Assembly: GCA_965644295.1 (NCBI GenBank)
Contig: CBFFRP010000159.1
Span: 1-64,000, forward strand
Origin: Paraphysomonas bandaiensis
Lineage: Eukaryota; Protista; Chrysophyceae
Length of the DNA: 64,000 nt
Reading direction: 5' to 3'
Part shown: positions 11,354-25,944 of the stretch, piece by piece
Position numbering within the stretch: position 1 is the stretch's first letter
Layout: the number at the start of each line of letters is the position of its first letter
Position numbers and translations under genes: made by a program
Notes under the pieces: model-generated
The model's database searches: none
What the model was told of the DNA's origin: nothing
What the model saw: only the letters and a program-made list of their open reading frames with translations

Positions 11354-11407
11354 TACACAGCTATCGAACTATATCACACATGTGGCATATTGCACAAATC
11401 CACACAG

Positions 11408-12506
11408 TTAGTTCCAACAGCAATCATCATACAACTGACCATGGAGAGGTAGACGGGGGAACACAACTGTCCGATGACCGAATACTTTGGCAAATTCAAT
11501 ATTCCTCTCGTCATCGTCAATGAGAATCACTTGATTGGGTAAAACTTCTTCCCCTCTATCAAAGTACATATCTTGCAGAACAGAAGCAATGTGGGGTTGC
11601 TTTCCATCCATAGACACGCAATTAGCTGGAACATCCCACCGCCTGTCTGCTCCCCGTACGTATATTCTTGCGGCACGCTCTTTCCCCACTAAGAGAATAA
11701 GCACGTTTTTTATGAGTCTTGATTGGCCAGAGAAGGTTACAATAGCAATTCTTAGGTCGGGATACTGCAACGCGGTTTCAAGAATACAACGGAACACTGG
11801 TCGAATATGTCCAGCCAAAGCTTCAGCGGTTCCATCCCATCTACCATATGTATGTATCTGGATATCGTGAGTTTGCGGGCATGGATAACAACAACGATTG
11901 CATTGCAAAAACATTCAAAAGTATAGAATGCTGCACTGTAGCACTAGCAGGCAAAACTATGGCATGCTCCACTCGCTCTCATAAGAGCTCAACGCAAAGT
12001 AAAAATTGAAAGCATAATATACTACATATATACCTGGCACAATGTAGCATCGAAATCAATGGCCAGCAGTCTGACTGGTGGACTCAAATTCAGTGCTCTA
12101 GATATAACCCTCTGTACTTTCTCTTCAATCTCTGAATAAGGAAGGTATTGAGGGTCACTCAATAAATCCTTACGCTCCAACATGCGCGTGCAAGATTCGC
12201 ACATTTTCTCACTTCCCTATCAATATGGGTCATACTGCTAAACAATACTGGCGAGCATGCAAGTGGTCGTGCATATACCTCCAGCGTAAACCCCAAACTT
12301 TCCCCACACAATTGACAGTGGGATGCATTTTTTCCGTCCAATTTCTTTCGGGAAATTTCCCCCGTTGCCTTGTCAATATATTCTAGACAGCGGGAACCAT
12401 CTCTGCTTGTGACAACTGTACCTTCAGGATTCGCATTTAACTTGTGGTTACGAAGATCATCCGGCGTTATGGCTGATGACTTCAGCGGTGGAGACGCTAC
12501 AAACAT
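11408..12506 (-). CDS. HAD-superfamily phosphatase-like protein, multi-exon
   Basis: LLAIDFDATL (motif I), IAIVTFS (II), GKQPHI (III), ILIDDDERNI (IV). Confidence 0.75.
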
Positions 12507-12582
12507 GCAATTTAAATTTGTACATCGTCAACAGAGAATAAACACATAGCACACAATGCATGATAGTGACTATGGTAATAGG

Positions 12583-13529
12583 TCACACACCTTCAGGAGA
12601 ATGAACCTTCATAGGCTTGGAATCCTTAGTACGAAGGCTCAACTCACACAAGAGACCGAAATGGTCAGACGGCCATATCTTACCCTCACTGTCAATCGGC
12701 TCAACGCCAATCAATTCAATATGCGTGGCCTTGCTCTCTCCACCTAAAACATCGGGTTAACATAGTTGATTGCATTCCACTAAACCAACTACCTAATTTC
12801 GTAAGAATCCTGTCGTACCGCATAACTTCATGCTTATTTATCATCTTATTTATATCCGAGTTGAAAGTAAAGCCCAGTGTAGAAGGATTGGATCTGGGCG
12901 GAGTACTTAATGGGTTACCTACATTGGGATAATCATGAGGGAATATTCACAGCACTGCACAGACCGGCATCAGTTTGCTGTGGATGAAGTGCAGGCCACA
13001 CATCAACATAATTCGGAAGAAACTCCGCAAGACTATCATTTTCCAGCGGTTCACCAGATTTGATGACATAGTTCCGCTCACTACAGAAGTTGAAATCTCC
13101 CACAAGAACAGAATGAGTATAACGAGACAATTCATTATGACATATCTGCAATTGTTTCTCTCTTATCATATGATTATCCAAACTTTCCAAATGAACATTT
13201 CCAATTGCTATATGAGTATCTGGTTGATATTCCAATACAGATATAAGGAGATCCCGTCCCATCTCAGTGGGAAATGGGATACGTATAAAAGATGGTTTTA
13301 AATATGATTTTACAATTGAAAGTGTATAATAAGATTCAGTTGTTATAGGTGATATTTGATATCCTTCCATGATAGTTGGATGTGATATAATCATTAATTG
13401 AAATGCTGGTAGAATCTCTTGAAAGCAAATGATGTCAGGCTCATATGCTACAACCATATCAATTAATCGTTTGATTCTAAATTGATATTGATATGAATGA
13501 AACCATATATTCCATGTAATGATTCTCAT
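12583..13529 (-). CDS. EEP-family phosphodiesterase, TDP2-like, multi-exon
   Basis: ITWNIWF, DIICFQE, MGRDLL, NVHLES, GDFNF; SDHFGL in the last exon (~12650-12670), stop at 12583. Confidence 0.8.
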
Positions 13530-13582
13530 GGGAATATAGGAGGATTGCTGAGAAGATGGTGATGATAAGGATCCTGAAGGGT

Positions 13583-14100
13583 GTATGTATGTATGTGGAG
13601 AGGGGGGGGTTAGATTAGAGAGAGGGAGGGAGGGATAGATAGATACGTACCTATAGCTCTTCTCATGAGTATGTTGAATAGGAATGATTAAATGAAGATG
13701 GAATGATATGGTTGGTTTAGTTTTAAGTTAGAGGTGGATGTATGAGGAGGAGGTTAGATATGAGGATGTATGTATGTATGTATGTACAGAGATGAGATGC
13801 ATGTATGTATGTATGTATGTTAGGATAATATGTACGTACATACCTGTTATGAATAGTAGGTAAGTACATACAGTATGTATGGGTGCTCTCGTAGTATGTA
13901 TTGATGTATGTATGTACAGGGAGATATAAGCATGTATGGATACGTACGTATAGGAATGTGTTTGTACGTACATACCTGTATGATAAAAAGTGGGTGAGTA
14001 CTACTGTACATATGACTGTATGAGGAACTATGTATACAGTATATGTATATTGTACGTACGTACGTACGTACCTGTTATGATAAGTAGGTGGGTACATACA
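13583..14100. repeat. Degenerate (TATG/TACG)n low-complexity tract
   Basis: Visible tetranucleotide periodicity. Confidence 0.8.
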
Positions 14101-14556
14101 ATCGTAGTAATTGACCAGACCGGGCCGGTTGGGTCGGTTTTGGGCCGGTTGACAACCGGTCTGTATACCAGTATACTGCTGTATACAGATATATTAGAGG
14201 TATATAGACAGTCCTACAGCCTGTAGGAGTGTATCCAACTGCCTTCAACCGCCATATCCAACCACCCAACTGCCTCCATTACTAGTCAGTCACTAGTAAA
14301 TGCATCAACAAACAAATAAATGAATGATTTCGTATCTAAATTGCATAAATACATATATATATGTATATTCATGAATAGAAGATAATTTGTACGAGAGATC
14401 TGAAGGGATCTTCTACAAAAATCTGCATAAATTCATGCATTTAAGCAGCCGTTTTTACGCATTTATGTATTTATGCAATTTAGGTAGTCACCTAAATGTA
14501 TATGGACCAATGTATGTATTAACATGCACATTACTCTATCTGCCTGTATATGTCAG

Positions 14557-17500
14557 TGCAACATCAGGATTAGTTACTACACTTGCTGGTACAGGTAGTT
14601 CAGGTCGTGCAGATGGTACGGGAACATATGCTTCCTTTAGTAATCCCTATCACTTGGGCATCTCATCGGATGATACCTATGCTCTTATTGCAGACCATAA
14701 CAATCATCGTATCAGCAAGATAATTGTAACCACTGGAGTTGTGAGTACGACAGCTGGTAGCAGTGCAGGATATGGAGATGGCACAGGGACCTCAGCATTG
14801 TTTAATGCACCTGTGGGAGTCACTCTATCTTCAGATGATTCATTTGCTGTTATATCCGATCGAAATAATCACAGGATGAGGAAGCTGGTGATGTCTACTC
14901 TGGTGGTGACGACATTGGGTGGCAGTGGTAGTTCCGGAGGGTCGGATGGTATCGGTACAGCGGCATCTTTCAACGGTCCTGATGGTGTCAGCATATCATC
15001 AGATGACAGCTACATTGTGATAGCAGAGAGATATGGCTGCCGCATCAGGAAGCTGGTGTTAAGCACTCTGGTTGTGACAACGCTATCAGGCACTGGTTCA
15101 GTTGGATCAAGTGACGGGATTGGCACATTTGCATCGTTCAATATTCCAGGTGGCATTCACCTGAGCAGTGACGATGCTTTTGCAGTCATAGCTGATAGAA
15201 CTAATAATAAGATTCGTAAGTTGGTTCTGTCTACGGGTGAGGTGAGTAGTGTGGGGACATCGGCATCATTCAGTTGGCCTCAAGGTGTCAGGATTACATC
15301 TGATGACTCGTATGTTGTGGTTACGGATACTGCTAATCATAAGATCCGTCACTTGGTGCTGTCTACAGGCCAAGTGAGTACTTTGTCTGGGTCTGGGACG
15401 GCTGGTGGTGCGGATGGTTTTGGCACATCGGCTACCCACTATTCTCCTTATGGCGTAGTGATTTCATCTGATGACTCGTACTGTATCGTCTCGGAGGGTG
15501 CTGGTCAACGTATCCGCAGGCTGGAGCTGGCACCGCCCACCTCATCTCCTACAGGTACTCCCAGTGGTCGTTGGTTCATGTGTAGTCTACATATATATCT
15601 GTATATATGTTCCTAGGTATTAGACCTGCGATAGTGATGTCTGTATATGGATATCATGATGTTTTATCAACCATGGATTTAATAGCTACATAGCTATGGG
15701 TTTTAGGCATGTATAAGTATATATGTGATATATCTGTGGCATACGTATTACCACGGCAATGTCAATGTGTACATGTGTGTCTGTTTTTATTATTTCTTAT
15801 ATTTCTGTGAAGATGACGATATAATATTGCCCCTGCATATTTATATTGGTTCATGCTAACAGGACAGCCTACTGGATCGCCATCTGGACAACCCACAGGG
15901 GAACCATCTGGTCAGCCCAGTGGACAACCATCAGGACAACCCACTGGTCAACCTAGTGGGTACCCTACTGGGCAGCAATCAGTTCAGCCAATTGGACAAC
16001 CATCAGGACAACCCAGTGCCCAACCAAGTGGCCAACCAAGTGCGCATCCTTCTGGACAACCCAGTGGTCAGCCTAGTGCGCATCCTTCTGGACTACCCAG
16101 TGGACAACCTAGTGGGTACCCTACTGGGCAGCAAACAGATCCGCCCACTGGCCAGCCCAGTGGACAACCATCAGCACAACCCACTGGTCAACCTAGTGGG
16201 TACCCTACTGGGCAGCAATCGGTTCAGCCCAGTGGACAACCATCAGGACAACCCACTGCCCAACCAAGTGGCCAACCAAGTGGTCAACCAAGTGCGCATC
16301 CTTCTGGACAACCCAGTGGTCAACCTAGTGGGTACCCTACTGGGCAGCAAACATATCAGCCCACTGGCCAGCCCAGTGGACAACCATCAGCACAACCCAC
16401 TGGTCAACCTAGTGGGTACCCTACTGGGCAGCAATCAGTTCAGCCCACTGGCCAGCCCAGTGGACAACCATCAGGGCAACCCACTGGTCAACCAAGTGGC
16501 CAACCAAGTGCGCATCCTTCTGGACAACCCAGTGGTCAGCCTAGTGCGCAACCTTCTGGACTACCCAGTGGTCAACCTAGTGGGTACCCTACTGGGCAGC
16601 AAACATATCAGCCCAGTGGACAACCATCAGGACAACCCACTGCCCAACCAAGTGGTCAACCAAGTGCGCATCCTTCTGGACAACCCAGTGGTCAACCTAG
16701 TGGGTACCCTACTGGGCAGCAATCAGTTCAGCCCACTGGCCAGCCCAGTGGACAACCATCAGGACAACCCACTGGTCAACCAAGTGGCCAACCAAGTGCG
16801 CATCCTTCTGGACAACCCAGTGGTCAGCCTAGTGCGCAACCTTCTGGACTACCCAGTGGTCAACCTAGTGGGTACCCTACTGGGCAGCAATCAGTTCAGC
16901 CCACTGGCCAGCCCAGTGGACAACCATCAGGACAACCCAGTGCCCAACCAAGTGGACAACCAAGTGCACATCCTTCAGGACAACCCAGTGGTCAGCCTAG
17001 TGCGCATCCTTCTGGACTACCCAGTGGTCAACCTAGTGGGTACCCTACTGGGCAGCAAACAGATCAGCCCAGTGGCCAGCCCAGTGGACAACCATCAGGA
17101 CAACCCAGTGGTCAACCTAGTGGGTACCCTACTGGGCAGCAATCAGTTCAGCCCACTGGCCAGCCCAGTGGACAACCATCAGCACAACCCAGTGCCCAAC
17201 CAAGTGGCCAACCAAGTGCGCATCCTTCTGGACTACCCAGTGGTCAACCTAGTGGGTACCCTACTGGGCAGCAAACAGATCCGCCCACTGGGCAGCCCAG
17301 TGGACAACCATCAGGACAACCCAGTGCCCAACCAAGTGGTCAACCAAGTGCGCATCCTTCTGGACTACCCAGTGGTCAGCCTAGTGCGCAACCATCAGGA
17401 CAACCCAGTGGTCAACCTAGTGGGTACCCTACTGGGCAGCAATCAGTTCAGCCCACTGGCCAGCCCAGTGGACAACCATCAGGACAACCCAGTGGCCAAC

Positions 17501-20500
17501 CAAGTGGTCAACCAAGTGCGCATCCTTCTGGACAACCCAGTGGTCAGCCTAGTGCGCAACCTTCTGGACTACCCAGTGGTCAACCTAGTGGGTACCCTAC
17601 TGGGCAGCAAACAGATCCGCCCACTGGCCAGCCCAGTGGACAACCATCAGGACAACCCACTGGTCAACCTAGTGGGTACCCTACTGGGCAGCAATCAGTT
17701 CAGCCCACTGGCCAGCCCAGTGGACAACCATCAGGACAACCCAGTGCCCAACCAAGTGGACAACCAAGTGCACATCCTTCAGGACAACCCAGTGGTCAGC
17801 CTAGTGCGCATCCTTCTGGACTACCCAGTGGACAACCTAGTGGGTACCCTACTGGGCAGCAAACAGATCAGCCCAGTGGCCAGCCCAGTGGACAACCATC
17901 AGGACAACCCAGTGGTCAACCTAGTGGGTACCCTACTGGGCAGCAATCAGTTCAGCCCACTGGCCAGCCCAGTGGACAACCATCAGCACAACCCAGTGCC
18001 CAACCAAGTGGCCAACCAAGTGCGCATCCTTCTGGACTACCCAGTGGTCAACCTAGTGGGTACCCTACTGGGCAGCAAACAGATCCGCCCACTGGGCAGC
18101 CCAGTGGACAACCATCAGGACAACCCAGTGGCCAACCAAGTGGTCAACCAAGTGCGCATCCTTCTGGACTACCCAGTGGTCAGCCTAGTGCGCAACCATC
18201 AGGACAACCCAGTGGTCAACCTAGTGGGTACCCTACTGGGCAGCAATCAGTTCAGCCCACTGGCCAGCCCAGTGGACAACCATCAGGACAACCCAGTGGC
18301 CAACCAAGTGGTCAACCAAGTGCGCATCCTTCTGGACAACCCAGTGGTCAGCCTAGTGCGCAACCTTCTGGACTACCCAGTGGTCAACCTAGTGGGTACC
18401 CTACTGGGCAGCAAACAGATCCGCCCACTGGCCAGCCCAGTGGACAACCATCAGGACAACCCAGTGCCCAACCAAGTGGTCAACCAAGTGCGCATCCTTC
18501 TGGACTACCCAGTGGTCAGCCTAGTGCGCATCCTTCTGGACAACCCACTGGTCAACCTAGTGGGTACCCTACTGGGCAGCAATCAGTTCAGCCCACTGGG
18601 CAGCCCAGTGGACAACCATCAGGACAACCCAGTGGCCAACCAAGTGGTCAACCAAGTGCGCATCCTTCTGGACTACCCAGTGGTCAGCCTAGTGCGCAAC
18701 CATCAGGACAACCCAGTGGTCAACCTAGTGGGTACCCTACTGGGCAGCAATCAGTTCAGCCCACTGGCCAGCCCAGTGGACAACCATCAGGACAACCCAG
18801 TGGCCAACCAAGTGGTCAACCAAGTGCGCATCCTTCTGGACAACCCAGTGGTCAGCCTAGTGCGCAACCTTCTGGACTACCCAGTGGTCAACCTAGTGGG
18901 TACCCTACTGGGCAGCAAACAGATCCGCCCACTGGCCAGCCCAGTGGACAACCATCAGGACAACCCAGTGCCCAACCAAGTGGTCAACCAAGTGCGCATC
19001 CTTCTGGACTACCCAGTGGTCAGCCTAGTGCGCATCCTTCTGGACAACCCACTGGTCAACCTAGTGGGTACCCTACTGGGCAGCAATCAGTTCAGCCCAC
19101 TGGCCAGCCCAGTGGACAACCATCAGGACAACCCAGTGGCCAACCAAGTGGTCAACCAAGTGCGCATCCTTCTGGACAACCCAGTGGTCAGCCTAGTGCG
19201 CAACCTTCTGGACTACCCAGTGGTCAACCTAGTGGGTACCCTACTGGGCAGCAAACATATCAGCCCACTGGCCAGCCCAGTGGAAAACCATCAGGGCAAC
19301 CCACTGGTCAACCAAGTGGCCAACCAAGTGCGCATCCTTCTGGACTACCCAGTGGTCAACCTAGTGGGTACCCTACTGGGCAGCAAACATATCAGCCCAC
19401 TGGCCAGCCCAGTGGACAACCATCAGCACAACCCACTGGTCAACCTAGTGGGTACCCTACTGGGCAGCAATCAGTTCAGCCCACTTGCCAGCCCAGTGGA
19501 AAACCATCAGGGCAACCCACTGGTCAACCAAGTGGCCAACCAAGTGCGCATCCTTCTGGACAACCCAGTGGTCAGCCTAGTGCGCATCCTTCTGGACTAC
19601 CCAGTGGTCAACCTAGTGGGTACCCTACTGGGCAGCAAACATATCAGCCCACTGGCCAGCCCAGTGGACAACCATCAGCACAACCCACTGGTCAACCTAG
19701 TGGGTACCCTACTGGGCAGCAATCAGTTCAGCCCAGTGGACAACCATCAGGACAACCCACTGCCCAACCAAGTGGCAAATCAAGTGCGCATCCTTCTGGA
19801 CAACCCAGTGGTCAACCTAGTGGGTACCCTACTGGGCAGCAAACAGTTCAGCCCACTGGCCAGCCCAGTGGACAACCATCAGGACAACCCAGTGCCCAAC
19901 CAAGTGGTCAACCAAGTGCGCATCCTTCTGGACAACCCAGTGGTCAACCTAGTGGGTACCCTACTGGGCAGCAATCAGTTCAGCCCACTGGCCAGCCCAG
20001 TGGACAACCATCAGGACAACCCACTGGTCAACCAAGTGGCCAACCAAGTGCGCATCCTTCTGGACAACCCAGTGGTCAGCCTAGTGCGCATCCTTCTGGA
20101 CTACCCAGTGGTCAACCTAGTGGGTACCCTACTGGGCAGCAAACATATCAGCCCACTGGCCAGCCCAGTGGACAACCATCAGCACAACCCACTGGTCAAC
20201 CTAGTGGGTACCCTACTGGGCAGCAATCGGTTCAGCCCAGTGGACAACCATCAGGACAACCCACTGCCCAACCAAGTGGCCAACCAAGTGCGCATCCTTC
20301 TGGACTACCCAGTGGTCAACCTAGTGGGTACCCTACTGGGCAGCAAACATATCAGCCCACTGGCCAGCCCAGTGGACAACCATCAGCACAACCCACTGGT
20401 CAACCTAGTGGGTACCCTACTGGGCAGCAATCAGTTCAGCCCACTGGCCAGCCCAGTGGACAACCATCAGGGCAACCCACTGGTCAACCAAGTGGCCAAC

Positions 20501-23500
20501 CAAGTGCGCATCCTTCTGGACAACCCAGTGGTCAGCCTAGTGCGCAACCTTCTGGACTACCCAGTGGTCAACCTAGTGGGTACCCTACTGGGCAGCAAAC
20601 ATATCAGCCCACTGGCCAGCCCAGTGGACAACCATCAGCACAACCCACTGGTCAACCAAGTGGCAAATCAAGTGCGCATCCTTCTGGACTACCCAGTGGT
20701 CAGCCTAGTGCGCATCCTTCTGGACTACCCAGTGGTCAACCTAGTGGGTACCCTACTGGGCAGCAAACATATCAGCCCACTGGCCAGCCCAGTGGACAAC
20801 CATCAGCACAACCCACTGGTCAACCAAGTGGCAAATCAAGTGCGCATCCTTCTGGACAACCCAGTGGTCAGCCTAGTGCGCATCCTTCTGGACTACCCAG
20901 TGGTCAACCTAGTGGGTACCCTACTGGGCAGCAAACATATCAGCCCACTGGCCAGCCCAGTGGACAACCATCAGCACAACCCACTGGTCAACCTAGTGGG
21001 TACCCTACTGGGCAGCAATCAGTTCAGCCCAGTGGACAACCATCAGGACAACCCACTGCCCAACCAAGTGGCAAATCAAGTGCGCATCCTTCTGGACAAC
21101 CCAGTGGTCAACCTAGTGGGTACCCTACTGGGCAGCAAACAGTTCAGCCCACTGGCCAGCCCAGTGGACAACCATCAGGACAACCCAGTGCCCAACCAAG
21201 TGGTCAACCAAGTGCGCATCCTTCTGGACAACCCAGTGGTCAACCTAGTGGGTACCCTACTGGGCAGCAATCAGTTCAGCCCACTGGCCAGCCCAGTGGA
21301 CAACCATCAGGACAACCCACTGGTCAACCAAGTGGCCAACCAAGTGCGCATCCTTCTGGACAACCCAGTGGTCAGCCTAGTGCGCATCCTTCTGGACTAC
21401 CCAGTGGTCAACCTAGTGGGTACCCTACTGGGCAGCAAACATATCAGCCCACTGGCCAGCCCAGTGGACAACCATCAGCACAACCCACTGGTCAACCTAG
21501 TGGGTACCCTACTGGGCAGCAATCGGTTCAGCCCAGTGGACAACCATCAGGACAACCCACTGCCCAACCAAGTGGCCAACCAAGTGCGCATCCTTCTGGA
21601 CTACCCAGTGGTCAACCTAGTGGGTACCCTACTGGGCAGCAAACATATCAGCCCACTGGCCAGCCCAGTGGACAACCATCAGCACAACCCACTGGTCAAC
21701 CTAGTGGGTACCCTACTGGGCAGCAATCAGTTCAGCCCACTGGCCAGCCCAGTGGACAACCATCAGGGCAACCCACTGGTCAACCAAGTGGCCAACCAAG
21801 TGCGCATCCTTCTGGACAACCCAGTGGTCAGCCTAGTGCGCAACCTTCTGGACTACCCAGTGGTCAACCTAGTGGGTACCCTACTGGGCAGCAAACATAT
21901 CAGCCCACTGGCCAGCCCAGTGGACAACCATCAGCACAACCCACTGGTCAACCAAGTGGCAAATCAAGTGCGCATCCTTCTGGACAACCCAGTGGTCAAC
22001 CTAGTGGGTACCCTACTGGGCAGCAAACAGTTCAGCCCACTGGCCAGCCCAGTGGACAACCATCAGGACAACCCAGTGCCCAACCAAGTGGTCAACCAAG
22101 TGCGCATCCTTCTGGACAACCCAGTGGTCAACCTAGTGGGTACCCTACTGGGCAGCAATCAGTTCAGCCCACTGGCCAGCCCAGTGGACAACCATCAGGA
22201 CAACCCACTGGTCAACCAAGTGGCCAACCAAGTGCGCATCCTTCTGGACAACCCAGTGGTCAGCCTAGTGCGCATCCTTCTGGACTACCCAGTGGTCAAC
22301 CTAGTGGGTACCCTACTGGGCAGCAAACATATCAGCCCACTGGCCAGCCCAGTGGACAACCATCAGCACAACCCACTGGTCAACCTAGTGGGTACCCTAC
22401 TGGGCAGCAATCGGTTCAGCCCAGTGGACAACCATCAGGACAACCCACTGCCCAACCAAGTGGCCAACCAAGTGCGCATCCTTCTGGACTACCCAGTGGT
22501 CAACCTAGTGGGTACCCTACTGGGCAGCAAACATATCAGCCCACTGGCCAGCCCAGTGGACAACCATCAGCACAACCCACTGGTCAACCTAGTGGGTACC
22601 CTACTGGGCAGCAATCAGTTCAGCCCACTGGCCAGCCCAGTGGACAACCATCAGGGCAACCCACTGGTCAACCAAGTGGCCAACCAAGTGCGCATCCTTC
22701 TGGACAACCCAGTGGTCAGCCTAGTGCGCAACCTTCTGGACTACCCAGTGGTCAACCTAGTGGGTACCCTACTGGGCAGCAAACATATCAGCCCACTGGC
22801 CAGCCCAGTGGACAACCATCAGCACAACCCACTGGTCAACCTAGTGGGTACCCTACTGGGCAGCAATCAGTTCAGCCCACTGGCCAGCCCAGTGGAAAAC
22901 CATCAGGACAACCCAGTGGCCAACCAAGTGGTCAACCAAGTGCGCATCCTTCTGGACAACCCAGTGGTCAGCCTAGTGCGCAACCTTCTGGACTACCCAG
23001 TGGTCAACCAAGTGGCCAACCAAGTGCGCATCCTTCTGGACAACCCAGTGGTCAGCCTAGTGCGCAACCTTCTGGACTACCCAGTGGTCAACCTAGTGGG
23101 TACCCTACTGGGCAGCAAACATATCAGCCCACTGGCCAGCCCAGTGGACAACCATCAGGACAACCCAGTGGTCAACCTAGTGGGTACCCTACTGGGCAGC
23201 AATCAGTTCAGCCCACTGGCCAGCCCAGTGGACAACCATCAGGACAACCCAGTGGCCAACCAAGTGGTCAACCAAGTGCGCATCCTTCTGGACAACCCAG
23301 TGGTCAGCCTAGTGCGCAACCTTCTGGACTACCCAGTGGTCAACCTAGTGGGTACCCTACTGGGCAGCAATCAGTTCAGCCCACTGGCCAGCCCAGTGGA
23401 AAACCATCAGGACAACCCAGTGGCCAACCAAGTGGTCAACCAAGTGCGCATCCTTCTGGACAACCCAGTGGTCAGCCTAGTGCGCAACCTTCTGGACTAC

Positions 23501-25944
23501 CCAGTGGTCAACCTAGTGGGTACCCTACTGGGCAGCAAACATATCAGCCCACTGGCCAGCCCAGTGGACAACCATCAGCACAACCCACTGGTCAACCTAG
23601 TGGGTACCCTACTGGGCAGCAATCAGTTCAGCCCACTGGCCAGCCCAGTGGACAACCATCAGGACAACCCAGTGGCCAACCAAGTGGTCAACCAAGTGCG
23701 CATCCTTCTGGACAACCCAGTGGTCAGCCTAGTGCGCAACCTTCTGGACTACCCAGTGGTCAACCTAGTGGGTACCCTACTGGGCAGCAATCAGTTCAGC
23801 CCACTGGCCAGCCCAGTGGAAAACCATCAGGGCAACCCACTGGTCAACCAAGTGGCCAACCAAGTGCGCATCCTTCTGGACAACCCAGTGGTCAGCCTAG
23901 TGCGCAACCTTCTGGACTACCCAGTGGTCAACCTAGTGGGTACCCTACTGGGCAGCAAACATATCAGCCCACTGGCCAGCCCAGTGGACAACCATCAGCA
24001 CAACCCACTGGTCAACCTAGTGGGTACCCTACTGGGCAGCAATCAGTTCAGCCCACTGGCCAGCCCAGTGGAAAACCATCAGGGCAACCCACTGGTCAAC
24101 CAAGTGGCCAACCCACTGGTCAACCAAGTGGCCAACCAAGTGCGCATCCTTCTGGACAACCCAGTGGTCAGCCTAGTGCGCAACCTTCTGGACTACCCAG
24201 TGGTCAACCTAGTGGGTACCCTACTGGGCAGCAAACATATCAGCCCACTGGCCAGCCCAGTGGACAACCATCAGCACAACCCACTGGTCAACCTAGTGGG
24301 TACCCTACTGGGCAGCAATCAGTTCAGCCCACTGGCCAGCCCAGTGGAAAACCATCAGGGCAACCCACTGGTCAACCAAGTGGCCAACCAAGTGCGCATC
24401 CTTCTGGACAACCCAGTGGTCAGCCTAGTGCGCAACCTTCTGGACTACCCAGTGGTCAACCTAGTGGGTACCCTACTGGGCAGCAAACATATCAGCCCAC
24501 TGGCCAGCCCAGTGGACAACCATCAGCACAACCCACTGGTCAACCTAGTGGGTACCCTACTGGGCAGCAATCGGTTCAGCCCAGTGGACAACCATCAGGA
24601 CAACCCACAGCCCAACCAAGTGGCCAACCAAGTGCGCATCCTTCTGGACAACCCAGTGGTCAGCCTAGTGCGCATCCTTCTGGACTACCCAGTGGTCAAC
24701 CTAGTGGGTACCCTACTGGGCAGCAATCAGTTCAGCCCAGTGGCCAGCCCAGTGGACAACCATCAGGACAACCCAGTGGTCAACCTAGTGGGTACCCTAC
24801 TGGCCGGCCCAGTGGACAACCATCAGGACAACCCACTGGTCAACCATCAGCACAACCCAGTGCCCAACCAAGTGGTCAACCAAGTGCGCATCCTTCTGGA
24901 CAACCCAGTGGTCAGCCTAGTGCGCAACCTTCTGGACTACCCAGTGGTCAACCTAGTGGGTACCCTACAGGGCAGCAAACAGATCCGCCCACTGGCCAGC
25001 CCAGTGGACAACCATCAGGACAACCCACTGGTCAACCTAGTGGGTACCCTACTGGGCAGCAATCAGTTCAGCCCACTGGCCAGCCCAGTGGAAAACCATC
25101 AGGGCAACCCACTGGTCAACCAAGTGGCCAACCAAGTGCGCATCCTTCTGGACAACCCAGTGGTCAGCCTAGTGCGCAACCTTCTGGACTACCCAGTGGT
25201 CAACCTAGTGGGTACCCTACTGGGCAGCAAACATATCAGCCCACTGGCCAGCCCAGTGGACAACCATCAGCACAACCCACTGGTCAACCTAGTGGGTACC
25301 CTACTGGGCAGCAATCAGTTCAGCCAAGTGGCCAGCCCAGTGGCCAACCATCAGCACAACCCACTGCCCAACCAAGTGGCAAACCAAGTGCGCATCCTTC
25401 TGGACAACCCAGTGGTCAGCCTAGTGCGCATCCTTCTGGACTACCCAGTGGTCAACCTAGTGGGTACCCTACTGGGCAGCAAACAGTTCAGCCCAGTGGA
25501 CTACCATCAGCACAACCAAGTGCCCAACCAAGTGGTCAACCAAATGCACATCCTTCAGGACAACCTACTGTTTATCCTATACGGCCAACGATTCAGCCAA
25601 GTGTGCAACCATCTGGGAAGTCAAGCGCTTCTCCAACACAATTGCGTCACGTCAAGTTATCTTCAAATGGTAATGGCAGGGACCGGTTCCTGAATTCCTT
25701 CTCGAAACTTGAAGCAGTGGCTTTAGGTGTCGTGGTTGGTATTGGCATATCAATCCTTGTGCTTACAATGTTCTATCTATATACGCGAAACCCCTCCAGG
25801 CCATTCCGGCTATCTCTAAACAATTACCGCTCGTCCGTTACACCAGTAGCTTTCGACGATCCACCCTCTATGGTATTTGCAAATCCCAACGAAGTCTCCT
25901 CGGAAAGACTCATACACTCAGAAGAGCCAGACAACAATGGATAG
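14557..25944 (+). CDS. Giant single-pass membrane protein: NHL beta-propeller exon (14557-15566), intron 15567-15862, then P(S/T)GQ stalk, TM helix and short tail; 5' exon(s) not identified
   Basis: About six repeats of GxxGxxDGxGTxASFxxPxGV..IADxxNxxIRK. The GT..CTAACAG intron joins in phase (AGT G|GA CAG). TM segment AVALGVVVGIGISILVLTMFYLY. Confidence 0.85.
15863..25620 (+). repeat. Coding minisatellite, 12-bp unit, ~9.7 kb, with higher-order blocks
   Basis: Tetrapeptide words PSGQ, PTGQ, PSAH, PSAQ, PSGL, PSGY, QSVQ, QTYQ, QTDP. Confidence 0.95.

Noticed and set aside
13723-14269. Tyr/Thr/His-rich short ORFs
   Set aside because: Translations of the TATG low-complexity tract.
15920-25693. 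3257-aa overlapping ORF in the +1 frame of the stalk
   Set aside because: A +1 stop needs an NTA/NTG codon followed by a purine. The repeat's only such codon is CTA, always followed by CCN, so the frame is open automatically. It has no ATG start or distinct domain.
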